From NCBI GenBank assembly GCA_963764625.1, contig CAVXTH010000006.1:640001-704000 (forward strand): 64,000 nt of DNA. Direction: 5' to 3'. A program made the translations under genes and the position numbers. Every line of letters begins with the position of its first letter. Position 1 is the stretch's first letter. The notes beneath the pieces are model-generated. The model was not told where the DNA came from, did not search any database, and was given only the letters and a program-made list of their open reading frames with translations. Positions 25,601-33,977 of this stretch are shown in pieces. The DNA comes from Candidatus Krumholzibacteriota bacterium (GTDB lineage: Bacteria > Krumholzibacteriota > Krumholzibacteriia > JAJRXK01).

Positions 25601-28376
25601 CAACACCACGTTGAGGTACGGGATATCTGTTCGTGGCGACAACCACTGCTTCCAAGCGGGAACCGTCCAGGGGACGCAGAATAACTGCCCAGAGAACGGC
25701 TCTTCTGTAGCTGGCTCGGATTTTGTCAACAGCTACCCAGTACTGGGCAGCGGAAATTACATCTCCCAGGAACCTGGGGTCGTCGATGATTGGACTTACT
25801 TCGAGTGCCGTGGCCCCGTACCCGACGTGGGCGGATCAAGGGTGACTCTGCTACGTCTCCAAGCAACGCTCGACGCAGACGCCGGGGGCGCAACACGCGA
25901 GGCGTGGATCGACGACGTTCAGGTAGCCAGAGGCGCGAGTGTTGGCTATTCATCCGTTTACGAGCCTACTCAGGGCCAGGTCTTCCAGCGGGATGATGAC
26001 ATTCCGTTCGCTTGGTATCCGGACGCCCGTGTCGAAGGTATCGTGGATCAGCTCCACCCTCAAACCGCGAGCCCCGGCTCGCTCACCCTCAGCTTCTGGT
26101 GGGTGACACCCACCGACAGCGCCGAGATCACGATCTACCACATACCGGGCTACGCCGACGGTGCCAGCCTGCGGGCAGGCCGCAACATCTGGCAACCGGT
26201 GGTAAACCCTCCGAAGCCTGGTGATCTTACAGAAGATGGCGCGATGCGACTGAAGGCAGTCTATACGGATCACAACGGCAGTACTCACGCCGAGTATTCA
26301 CCGGAGTTCGTCGTGTTGTCCGCTCCACCCAGCTTCGAGACGAGAGCGGTGGGAGGTGGCACGGGCTCCTACAGCCTGGATGATCTGGTAGCAAAAGACG
26401 TCTACTCGACAATCACCGCGGACTACAATGACGACGATAAGGACGATCTCATCGTCAGCATCGTGGGTACCGATGAGGAGGTACTGGTTTACGAGAACGT
26501 AACTCTACCGGGCTCCAACTGGGCCACATTCCAGAGAGTATCGTCCCCGTTTGCGGCCGGGTCTGCACCCAGTAATGCTCGCGGGATGTCGTTTCATGAT
26601 TTCGATGCAGACGGAGTGGCAAACTTATTCGTAGGGATTCCCGGTACCACGGCCCAGATGCTGGAGTATACGGGAAGCTCACCGATCTTTGCCGAAATGT
26701 CGGGTCTCTTTCCCTCTGGAGTCACCCAGAACGTCTGGGCAGGGGACTTCGGCAACGTTGGCGCGGGTACGGAAGCTTCCGGTCTCTATCTTGCACGAGC
26801 GGGGGCCACAGATACGATCACCCCCGCTGCCTTCGACAACCTCGGGGTGCCCGACGTTCTGCTTCGTTGGAACAAAAAGTCTTCACAATTTGAGGACATC
26901 ACGGCGACTGCTCTCGGAGCAACCATCGCGACGACTGCAACTCCGACGATTGCAGTAGCGTGGAAAGATGTCAATGGCGACCGACTCCAAGATCTCTACG
27001 TCGCGTATTTCGGAAACTACAACGCTAGCTCTGCACTCGGTTGGTCGCCTCTGTTTATCCAACAAGCGGATAGCACGTTCGTAGATGCTGCAACCGCCAG
27101 CACCAGGGAAATGCTCGACCCCGCAGATACGCAATTCTCGGGACAGCCGGATGGAAGTGGGAGCACGCCGGAAATCCCACAAATTGCGACCGTTTCGGGC
27201 ATCCACTGGGTGGATATCGACAATCAATACGGACCCGACCTGTTGGTTACTCGCGAACACGACCAAACGGCTGGGCAAGAGTGGAACGCACTTCTGATCC
27301 TGAACAATGGTGGTGGTGAGTTCGCGTACCGCTACAGTGCTGGTATCGAGGGATTGAATCCCTCCGAGACCGTGGCAATCGGAGATCTTGACGGAAATCA
27401 CCTCACCGACTTCGTGGTGATTCCAACCAGCGCGAGCGGCAACCCGGATCTCGACATCTACATGGGTTACCCATCTTCCTCGGCGATTGGCCAGTTCTAC
27501 GCAAATCTGGGGCCATCGACTGGTATTCCGGCCCTTGATGCCAAGACGGCGGCGATAGCCGAGTTCAATCCGTCTAGCTCGGGAGACGGGATGGAGGACC
27601 TCTTCGTAGGGCAGACTACCTCCGCGCAGAGCGACTCGGGCCTGGTATACATGAACCGGTGCACCAGTCCTTCCGGGCAGGGGACATTCCAGGTCGTACT
27701 GTCAGATTCTTCGAGCGGCAACCCGGCGAATGGCCGGGATGCAGTTGTGCAGACCACGGTGGTCGCAAATGGTACGAGCCTTAGCCAAAGCCGCGCCGTG
27801 GGTGGAAGCTCGGGTCGCGGATCACAAAGCAACTTCAGTCCGATCTTCGCGAAAGGCGACGATGGAACGGCCACTGTAACCGTCACCTGGCCTGACGGGT
27901 ACGTTCAAAACCAGAGCGTATCAGCAGGAACCTCGGTGGTCGCCTTTGTCGACGATCATTACCCCACCGTCATTGACAGCACCGTGACTTATACCCGGTA
28001 CCTCGGCCCGAGTTCTGATGATTGGGAGTTCACCTGGGAGACCGAGCTCTCTTCCAGCCGGCACGAAGTCATCATCTGGGACGGAGCCAATTCGCCCCCG
28101 CCCTGTAGAGTGACAGAGGAGCCGGATCCTGAACCTGAACATCTAGGAGAGTACCGCACGGTACTCGATTCGAGCCGCTCCGATGTGGATTTCACCAGCG
28201 TGCTTCTGACAGGGGGAACCGGCGTCGGTCATTACCGTCAGACGTTCATCTGGCATAGCGTCTCCTGCAAGAAGAACTGTGAGTACAGCTACCAAATTCG
28301 TAGCCACAGTGGCGATCGAATCAGTTACTCAGGTGTCAAGACCTTCGATCTCCAATCCTGCGGTCAGGTCCACTAG
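22611..28376 (+). CDS. Very large secreted multidomain protein: unknown N-terminal region, CBM-like beta-sandwich, FG-GAP repeats, ASPIC/UnbV-like domain
   Basis: Signal peptide; GGAGGAGG RBS at 22596-22603; Ca-binding repeats DYNDDDKDDL, DFDADGVANL, DVNGDRLQDL, DLDGNHLTDF; ASPIC-like GGSSGRGSQ...VTVTWPDG. Confidence 0.85.
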   Translation: MSRIFRFLVFIGLVIVTSLGGPKVAAANPGISSISYGRFAGWPLQKVNCERDTLFYEGDLTKRIGLDYIERDGKDVHGVPWRVYFGWTSDSVTPEAFPKTTGDGHRAPNMSVETTEASWIHKRFTVTRDFSGESYVDTVRVTSATLGTWISSDLNRFYLDYAAAAPTPLSMTRFTQYAAFDSTGTIGAHPIPASGTRIPITPQVGSDKNWILFWGNHNDGQGPIIPLMVSFSAGCDSIAFTAYYSRANERFIEFQFDGNQGGSVNRVALSFPFGLYAFSYPLIAETIFGDGSSLPSACTQAHQLACSPPRVLTEDYVDDGTTVTITNTVTSREKLDPATPSQFRYVPLPPLVTYAASRSANLATVPAGLQGFARTKYGTLKFLDGTDQVSYSIASAPPHDIHFVPNDRLGRTIDQDMADRMINTWIDGSRRTRDDFFSQMNNRGAQAALMLATPETQRRYRDRVNDIVEDMFDPNLVPASGLCSNLGGMKPFTVDEPAETLEFTNLVWRGTASGNGEYPYDLDASAGTALEFLYEYLLWDSDRAHTFIANHFGGNGDYSNTIYGLYRSLEIFQDWSYMSASHDLWGGTGGIMDMFAAEYAAYHSFAEIADDLGYTEEANRARYLQAKAQIPFMMRWVMKDSYLLDYYKFLPSSYGTAVLSGFGEDEPSGPLGPTTVFTQEDWADWTISGERLHLLGEDVYQDLLEPNLPGNYSSFVSLQVGTPLTYGAKGAPRAGFPEAKVWAALKNGDFGVGSGRDRQSALDLIDAVTRPLDGEATDVLLNVKPIYRSWKPEGGTWYGWDNSVFSTTESDTLGWFGQAPEPSPVYAGILESFASPVFVGGWTGMNITGFSYDEQLHQLTVNVAPTSASGTVYVSSLDGLGVQNRWNVLPVTCTPGTNVIDLPTVGGSLSSALISSPGEPGVLCTENFENMGGGRSNIEKGWTGDHVSVRADPLDSSNRGLFMKSESGKQSYALTYEPSDSTDVMVKLSFRYRVPTDNTTLRYGISVRGDNHCFQAGTVQGTQNNCPENGSSVAGSDFVNSYPVLGSGNYISQEPGVVDDWTYFECRGPVPDVGGSRVTLLRLQATLDADAGGATREAWIDDVQVARGASVGYSSVYEPTQGQVFQRDDDIPFAWYPDARVEGIVDQLHPQTASPGSLTLSFWWVTPTDSAEITIYHIPGYADGASLRAGRNIWQPVVNPPKPGDLTEDGAMRLKAVYTDHNGSTHAEYSPEFVVLSAPPSFETRAVGGGTGSYSLDDLVAKDVYSTITADYNDDDKDDLIVSIVGTDEEVLVYENVTLPGSNWATFQRVSSPFAAGSAPSNARGMSFHDFDADGVANLFVGIPGTTAQMLEYTGSSPIFAEMSGLFPSGVTQNVWAGDFGNVGAGTEASGLYLARAGATDTITPAAFDNLGVPDVLLRWNKKSSQFEDITATALGATIATTATPTIAVAWKDVNGDRLQDLYVAYFGNYNASSALGWSPLFIQQADSTFVDAATASTREMLDPADTQFSGQPDGSGSTPEIPQIATVSGIHWVDIDNQYGPDLLVTREHDQTAGQEWNALLILNNGGGEFAYRYSAGIEGLNPSETVAIGDLDGNHLTDFVVIPTSASGNPDLDIYMGYPSSSAIGQFYANLGPSTGIPALDAKTAAIAEFNPSSSGDGMEDLFVGQTTSAQSDSGLVYMNRCTSPSGQGTFQVVLSDSSSGNPANGRDAVVQTTVVANGTSLSQSRAVGGSSGRGSQSNFSPIFAKGDDGTATVTVTWPDGYVQNQSVSAGTSVVAFVDDHYPTVIDSTVTYTRYLGPSSDDWEFTWETELSSSRHEVIIWDGANSPPPCRVTEEPDPEPEHLGEYRTVLDSSRSDVDFTSVLLTGGTGVGHYRQTFIWHSVSCKKNCEYSYQIRSHSGDRISYSGVKTFDLQSCGQVH

Positions 28377-28381
28377 GAGGA

Positions 28382-29284
28382 ATGACTATGAAAATCACTC
28401 GCGTTCTAGGGTTGAGCTTTCTTCTTCTCTTACTGTGTAGCATCGCCATGGCCGAGAACTCTCCGAGCGGAATTCTGAGCATTGATCCTCCTGGAGTTGA
28501 TAGCTGTGTCGCGTTCACTTTCGATTGTCCGGAGGGCCAGGCGCTCTCTGGTCTACGTTGGTTCAACAACGACCAGATGGCACCTTTCGATCACGTCGTG
28601 CTGATGGAGGCCACAAAGGGCAAGCTTCCCGATTTGCAGAACAGCGCATTGGTACTGAGACAGATTCCCGGTTCTTCCCTTTCGTGGGATCATTTGGACC
28701 TGGAGTTTCCAGTAGTCTCCTCTACCGGTAGGATCTGCGCTGTTTTCTTCTTCCCTTCCGGTATTCCCACGACGGATCGGGGGATTGGAGGCGGACCCGG
28801 AATGGGATACTACGAGCATGCTTCGAGAGCAGAGTCCTATCTGAGTCCGGACGGCGCAAAGTGGTTCCGGTGCAAGAAAGGAATCACACTGGCAATCGAG
28901 CCGATTCTGCAGGTACCGGAAAGTAGCAAACTGGGGACGGTGGCACTTTCCTCCTTGGTGAAGAATCATGGCATGCAGAAAGCGGAATCGACCAGTTCCG
29001 TGATTACACGAACGATGCTGTATCCCGCTGCACCAAATCCCTTCAATCCACGGACTTTGATTCAGTATGACCTGGCAGCGCCGGCTGAGGTGAGTCTCAG
29101 AATCTACAACGTTCGGGGGCGTCTCATGAACACGCTGGAGAAGGGGCCGCAAGTACGGGGGCGGCACGTAGTGATTTGGCTGGGAATCGACGACAGAGGG
29201 GCGAAGGTTGCCAGCGGAGTGTATTTCGTGAAATTCAAAGCCGCTGGTCAAGAATTCCGGCAGAAGGTAACTCTCGTGAGATGA
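28382..29284 (+). CDS. Secreted protein with C-terminal FlgD-Ig/T9SS-like sorting domain
   Basis: Signal peptide; C-terminus PNPFNPRTLIQYDL...IYNVRGRL...W.G.D..G..VASGVYF. Confidence 0.85.
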   Translation: MTMKITRVLGLSFLLLLLCSIAMAENSPSGILSIDPPGVDSCVAFTFDCPEGQALSGLRWFNNDQMAPFDHVVLMEATKGKLPDLQNSALVLRQIPGSSLSWDHLDLEFPVVSSTGRICAVFFFPSGIPTTDRGIGGGPGMGYYEHASRAESYLSPDGAKWFRCKKGITLAIEPILQVPESSKLGTVALSSLVKNHGMQKAESTSSVITRTMLYPAAPNPFNPRTLIQYDLAAPAEVSLRIYNVRGRLMNTLEKGPQVRGRHVVIWLGIDDRGAKVASGVYFVKFKAAGQEFRQKVTLVR

Positions 29285-29294
29285 TTCACGTGGC

Positions 29295-30455
29295 ATGAAG
29301 AAATTCGCCGCAGTAATCCTCCTAATTCTCTCCCTGGCTCTGCTGAGTCTGGGAGAGAGCCGTTCTGCAACTTGGGTTGTGGCAAGGAACGGGAGTGGAG
29401 ACTACTCCAGAATCCAGAACGCCCTGGATGTATGCGCAGCTGGAGATACCATCCAGATTAGGCCTGGGCGATACGACGAATTCCAGGTTCACGCCTTCGG
29501 GCTGGGTGGAAGCGCGGCCGTCGTCATGATTCCGAAAGTTGCACCTCTCACCATCCAAGGCGCCGGAAGGGATAGTGTCTTCATCGGCCCTGAAGTGATG
29601 TCGGCCAGCTACCATGGACAACAAACGGCAATCATGACAGCAGACGGCGTGAAGAGTGGTCGGATCAGCGTTTCCGGCGTGACGATGGCAAACGGAGAAT
29701 GGCTCGCTACGCTGCGATCGCCCTTCACTTTTCTGGACTGCAGATTTGGGACAGCTCGTCAGGCTGAGATTGCCCTGGATACGGCTCGAGATGTATTGCT
29801 ACAGAATTGCGTGTTTGAGGGGAGTGGGTCGACGGATGGAATCGTGAGTTTCACGGGCGGTGAGAACCCGCGACTGAGAGTGGCGAATTGTACCTTTGAG
29901 AATCTGGCTAACGCCATTGTCTTGAGAGGTTCAGAGGGTTTCGAACTCTCCCGGTTGAACTTCAGCGATGTGGGAACGGCGATCGGCATTCAATACGGCT
30001 CCACGGGAGACGTTTCGGAGTGTGATATTGGGAAGAGTCCACTACCTGTGGGCCGGATCGTACTCAGCGGTGGCTGCCGGGTAACGATGAGCCGGGTAGA
30101 TGTTGCCGCGTCCTCGCTGGCACTCAAGATGGTTGATGCGGAGACCATTCTTGACGCATCGCATCTCCGATTGGCTGGCGGATCGTACTTCACGGTTTAC
30201 GTTGCGACTGGCGCCTCCCTGATTCTGCATGATTCCGATATTTTGAACGGGGGAGGTGTCTCCGTCATGGCCCGCGATCTCCTAGACAGCAGCGGGCGCG
30301 TGGACCTGAGGCACTGCTACTGGGGAACCACGAATTCACTTCAAGTGGAGAAATGGCTCTTCGACGGCAAAGACGATCCAAGGTACAAACACGCATTGGT
30401 CCAGCCAATCGAGAGCGTGCCACTTGCCAGGGATCCGAAACGTGTAGCCGATTGA
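29295..30455 (+). CDS. Secreted right-handed beta-helix (pectin lyase-fold) protein
   Basis: Signal peptide; GSGDYSRIQNALD...GDTIQIRPGRY; repeated NCVF/NCTF turns; VDLRHCYWG. Confidence 0.75.
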   Translation: MKKFAAVILLILSLALLSLGESRSATWVVARNGSGDYSRIQNALDVCAAGDTIQIRPGRYDEFQVHAFGLGGSAAVVMIPKVAPLTIQGAGRDSVFIGPEVMSASYHGQQTAIMTADGVKSGRISVSGVTMANGEWLATLRSPFTFLDCRFGTARQAEIALDTARDVLLQNCVFEGSGSTDGIVSFTGGENPRLRVANCTFENLANAIVLRGSEGFELSRLNFSDVGTAIGIQYGSTGDVSECDIGKSPLPVGRIVLSGGCRVTMSRVDVAASSLALKMVDAETILDASHLRLAGGSYFTVYVATGASLILHDSDILNGGGVSVMARDLLDSSGRVDLRHCYWGTTNSLQVEKWLFDGKDDPRYKHALVQPIESVPLARDPKRVAD

Positions 30456-30691
30456 TTGGACATCCCGTTATTCATATTCCCGCCGTGTCGGCCCACCTGC
30501 AGATGCGAGAAGAGTCGATCCTCAGAGGAACCGGAAGCTTCATTTCTGGTAGCTACCCGACCACAGAACCGGCATAATATCTGAACGCGACAAACGACGC
30601 GTCAGCAGACGACTCACCGGAGTGAGTGCTGGCGGCGTTTTGGATATGGCCAGTCGTTCTTCACAAGCGAATCGAATCGCCGGCGGGGACC

Positions 30692-31864
30692 ATGAAAGCT
30701 GCTCAGGAAGAAAGAGCTCGGATTGGACTCTTTCTGTGGTGGTTCGAGATCGGCGGGACTGAGCGACACGCCTTGCGGCTCCTCGAGAGAATCGATCGAA
30801 CGCGCTTCGAGGTGGAAATAATCTGCTTCAAGGCCCAGGGACAACTTGCGGAAGCATTCGCGGCAACCGGATGGCCGATTCACACTCTTCGTGGAACAAA
30901 TCGATACTCGTCTCTTCTCTTTCCGCTCAGACTTTGGCGGCTTCTTCGGGCGCTTCATCTCGATGTATTGCACAGTCTGATCGCCCATACGCTGCTCATC
31001 GGTCCCATAACCGGACGATTTGCAGGGGTTCGCTCCATAGTCACCAGCGAGAGAAACCGGTTCGACTGGAAATTGGGCTGGCCGTCGAAAGTCCTGGCGC
31101 GCTGGGTGAATCGGCATCTGGTGGACGCGATTATCGTGAATAGCAGGGAAATAGGGAACGAGTTGGCGCTTCGAGAAGACTTGCCTGAAGGCCTCATACA
31201 CACGATTCACAACGGGGTGAGCAGGGATGGCTTGCCAAGTTCGATGGCGGATTTGCGGTCATGGCGGTCGCGCTGTCGCGTGGCTTTGTGCTCAGAACTG
31301 GACTTGCCCTCTGCGTCTGTACCTCTTTGTGGAATGGTGGCATCCCTCTCTTCCCTGAAGGACCACGTAACGGGCCTGCGCGCCTGCGCCCTCTTGCAAA
31401 GACGCATTCCTGATCTGCAGGTCGTTCTTGCGGGTGATGGTCCAGAGCGCGAGAACCTGCAAAAGCTCGCGATCACGCTGGGGATTTCCGAGAGACTTCA
31501 CTGGCTCGGACGACGCACGGACGTATCGGAAATCATGGCGTCGATCGACTTGCTCCTGCTCTCCAGCAAGACGGAGGGATTCCCCAACGTGGCACTCGAA
31601 GCTCTCGTAGTGGGAACGCCCGTCGTGAGTTCACGGCTTCCCTACCTCGCAGACCTCGGAGAATTTCGGAACACGATCGGAGAGTTCCCCATAGGGGACT
31701 TCGAATCCGGTGCCGAATGTATGTTGGGAGTTCTCATGGACCCCAGTTTGCGGGAGCACGTTCTCGAGTGGGCGCCACGGTTTGTCCAGGAGAACTTCTC
31801 GCTGGAAGTGGAATGTGAGAAGCACGAAAGACTGTATCAAGGACTGCTCACTCAGCGATCATGA
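30692..31864 (+). CDS. Glycosyltransferase family 4
   Basis: Motifs IGGTERH, IHNGV, LAGDGPER, SKTEGFPNVALEA (E-x7-E). Confidence 0.92.
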   Translation: MKAAQEERARIGLFLWWFEIGGTERHALRLLERIDRTRFEVEIICFKAQGQLAEAFAATGWPIHTLRGTNRYSSLLFPLRLWRLLRALHLDVLHSLIAHTLLIGPITGRFAGVRSIVTSERNRFDWKLGWPSKVLARWVNRHLVDAIIVNSREIGNELALREDLPEGLIHTIHNGVSRDGLPSSMADLRSWRSRCRVALCSELDLPSASVPLCGMVASLSSLKDHVTGLRACALLQRRIPDLQVVLAGDGPERENLQKLAITLGISERLHWLGRRTDVSEIMASIDLLLLSSKTEGFPNVALEALVVGTPVVSSRLPYLADLGEFRNTIGEFPIGDFESGAECMLGVLMDPSLREHVLEWAPRFVQENFSLEVECEKHERLYQGLLTQRS

Positions 31865-33741
31865 CCGGTCGCATAGTACTTGCACCATTCGCTAAACATG
31901 AGAATCGCCCATAGGCGCCTGCCGAAATCACGGGATCCCGTGCGATGGGCATGCAGGATGTCCAGGACTCGGGCCGGATCGACGAACTCCCGGGCCTGCC
32001 AGCCCGTCGAGCGGACCTCAATCTCGAAGCGATCACCAAGTTCCTTTCTGAACCAGAGGCCGATCGGCATCACGAATCCCTGTTTGCGTTCGGTCAAGAC
32101 GGATTCGGGCAGCCACTTTCGAGCCGCGGCACGCAGCAGTTCCTTTCGACGCCCACCCATCATCCGTTGCTCCAGAGGAACACGAAAGGCGGCCTCGAGG
32201 AGTTCATGGTCCAGTAGCGGTACCCTGGTTTCTAGGGACACCTGCATGCTGGCCCGATCTACTTTCTGAAGAATATCATCTGGCAGGTAGGTCTCGACGT
32301 CGAGCCGGAGAAGTCTCTCGACCGGATCGCCCGGTGCTTCTTGGTAGATCTTTCGGTATAGATCGTAAGGCCTGAAGTCCTCGAGAGCGTGCTGAATCTC
32401 CGGGCGCAGGATGCCACGCCATTCGTCAGAAGGGAATACGGAGACCATGTCGAGGTAGCGGTCGATGAAGGACAGAGCTGCTCTTTGGAGCATTCCCTTG
32501 CCGAGCCGATTGGAGGGCCAGGATCTCGCGAGATATCCGAACGCGGGTCTTCTAAGAAGCGTGGGAATCCGGTCGAAGATACGCGAGCGCTCCATGCGAG
32601 TGTAACGGGTGTATCCACCGAATCCCTCATCTCCACCGTCTCCACTCAAAGTGACTTTCACGGCGCTGCGCGCCATCTTGCTCACGTAGTAAGTTGGAAT
32701 GATGGAATTGTCTGCCAGGAAATCATCCAGATTCGGGCATATCTGATCGACGGAGGAGATCGCGGAGAGTTCAACCACCTGCTCATGATGCCTTGTGTGA
32801 ACGTGATCGGCGACAGCCCTGGCATACGCCCGCTCGTCGCTTCCATGCTCCTGGAAACCGATCGTAAAGGTGTCGAGAGCCGTCTCGATGCACTCGGAGA
32901 GAGCTCCCACGACGAGGCTCGAATCGAGTCCGCCGCTGAGGAAGGCCCCAAGGGGGGCGTCGCTCATCTTTCGATATCGAACGGAGGTGTGAATGCGATC
33001 GCGGATGAGATCGACGCTGTCTGCGAAAGTGTGCGTGCTGCCCTCCGAGCTGTAATCATTCAGAGTCCAGTAGCGCTGAATCTCAGGGGTTGGATGCTTC
33101 TCGGCCAGTCTGAATCGGAGGAAATGGCCTGGAAGGAGTCGCCGAATGCCGGTAAACGGCGTGTAGTCGCGCGGCGTGTAGCCCATGCAAAAGTAGTAGC
33201 CCAGACTCTCGAGATCGATCTGACCACCGATTGAGGGAACACAGAGGAGCGCTTTGATCTCACTGGCAAAAGCCAGTCCTCCTGGAAGGACCGCATAGTA
33301 CAAGGGCTTGATGCCTACCCGGTCACGAGCGAGGAAGAGCTCTTGGCGCGAATGGTCCCAGATGCCGAAGGCAAACATCCCGTTCAGCCGCTCGAGCATC
33401 GCGGGGCCGTGCGATTCCCAAAGATGGAGCAGGACCTCGGTATCGGTTTTCGAGCGAAACCGGCTGCCCGTAGTCTCGAGGACCGAGCGAAGTTCTGCAT
33501 GGTTGTACACTTCGCCGTTGTAGGTGATCCAAGTCCTCTCATCGGTACCGTTCATCGGCTGATGCCCGGCCTTGCTGAGATCGATGATGCTGAGGCGACA
33601 ATGGCCGAGTCCGACCCCGGCGTCGGTCCAAACTCCATCGTCATCTGGACCACGGTGCTTGATTCGGTCGATCATGCCAGCAACTAGATCCCTGGAGACC
33701 TCCCGCCTGTCCGTATAGACCACGCCGGCAATGCCACACAT
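31852..33741 (-). CDS. asnB: Asparagine synthase (glutamine-hydrolysing)-like amidotransferase, copy 1
   Basis: Motifs MCGIAG, HRGPD, RLSIID, NGEVYN, FLSGGLDSS, SGDGGDE, RVPLLD. Confidence 0.92.
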   Translation of the reverse strand: MCGIAGVVYTDRREVSRDLVAGMIDRIKHRGPDDDGVWTDAGVGLGHCRLSIIDLSKAGHQPMNGTDERTWITYNGEVYNHAELRSVLETTGSRFRSKTDTEVLLHLWESHGPAMLERLNGMFAFGIWDHSRQELFLARDRVGIKPLYYAVLPGGLAFASEIKALLCVPSIGGQIDLESLGYYFCMGYTPRDYTPFTGIRRLLPGHFLRFRLAEKHPTPEIQRYWTLNDYSSEGSTHTFADSVDLIRDRIHTSVRYRKMSDAPLGAFLSGGLDSSLVVGALSECIETALDTFTIGFQEHGSDERAYARAVADHVHTRHHEQVVELSAISSVDQICPNLDDFLADNSIIPTYYVSKMARSAVKVTLSGDGGDEGFGGYTRYTRMERSRIFDRIPTLLRRPAFGYLARSWPSNRLGKGMLQRAALSFIDRYLDMVSVFPSDEWRGILRPEIQHALEDFRPYDLYRKIYQEAPGDPVERLLRLDVETYLPDDILQKVDRASMQVSLETRVPLLDHELLEAAFRVPLEQRMMGGRRKELLRAAARKWLPESVLTERKQGFVMPIGLWFRKELGDRFEIEVRSTGWQAREFVDPARVLDILHAHRTGSRDFGRRLWAILMFSEWCKYYATGHDR

Positions 33742-33977
33742 AATTCGGGAACGCTCCTCGTTCTGGTCCTGTCCAACTCCGTTGAGCCCAATGGCACGGG
33801 GGATGGCGAGGAACCTAACACAGTCGCTTCTCCCGGGGAACCACACAGAGCGTCCTAGGGGTCTGGAAATGTGGGGTGTACGGCCTCTGACGGTGTGGTA
33901 AAGTAATACATTCCTGGGCTCAGAAGCGTGGCACGGGCTCGAGTCTCTCTCACTCTGACTTTTGGATTCGTCACTCC

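Noticed and set aside
28374-28384. Stop-codon readthrough fusing the giant protein to the FlgD-domain protein
   Set aside because: The ORFs are in different frames, and the second has its own RBS and signal peptide.
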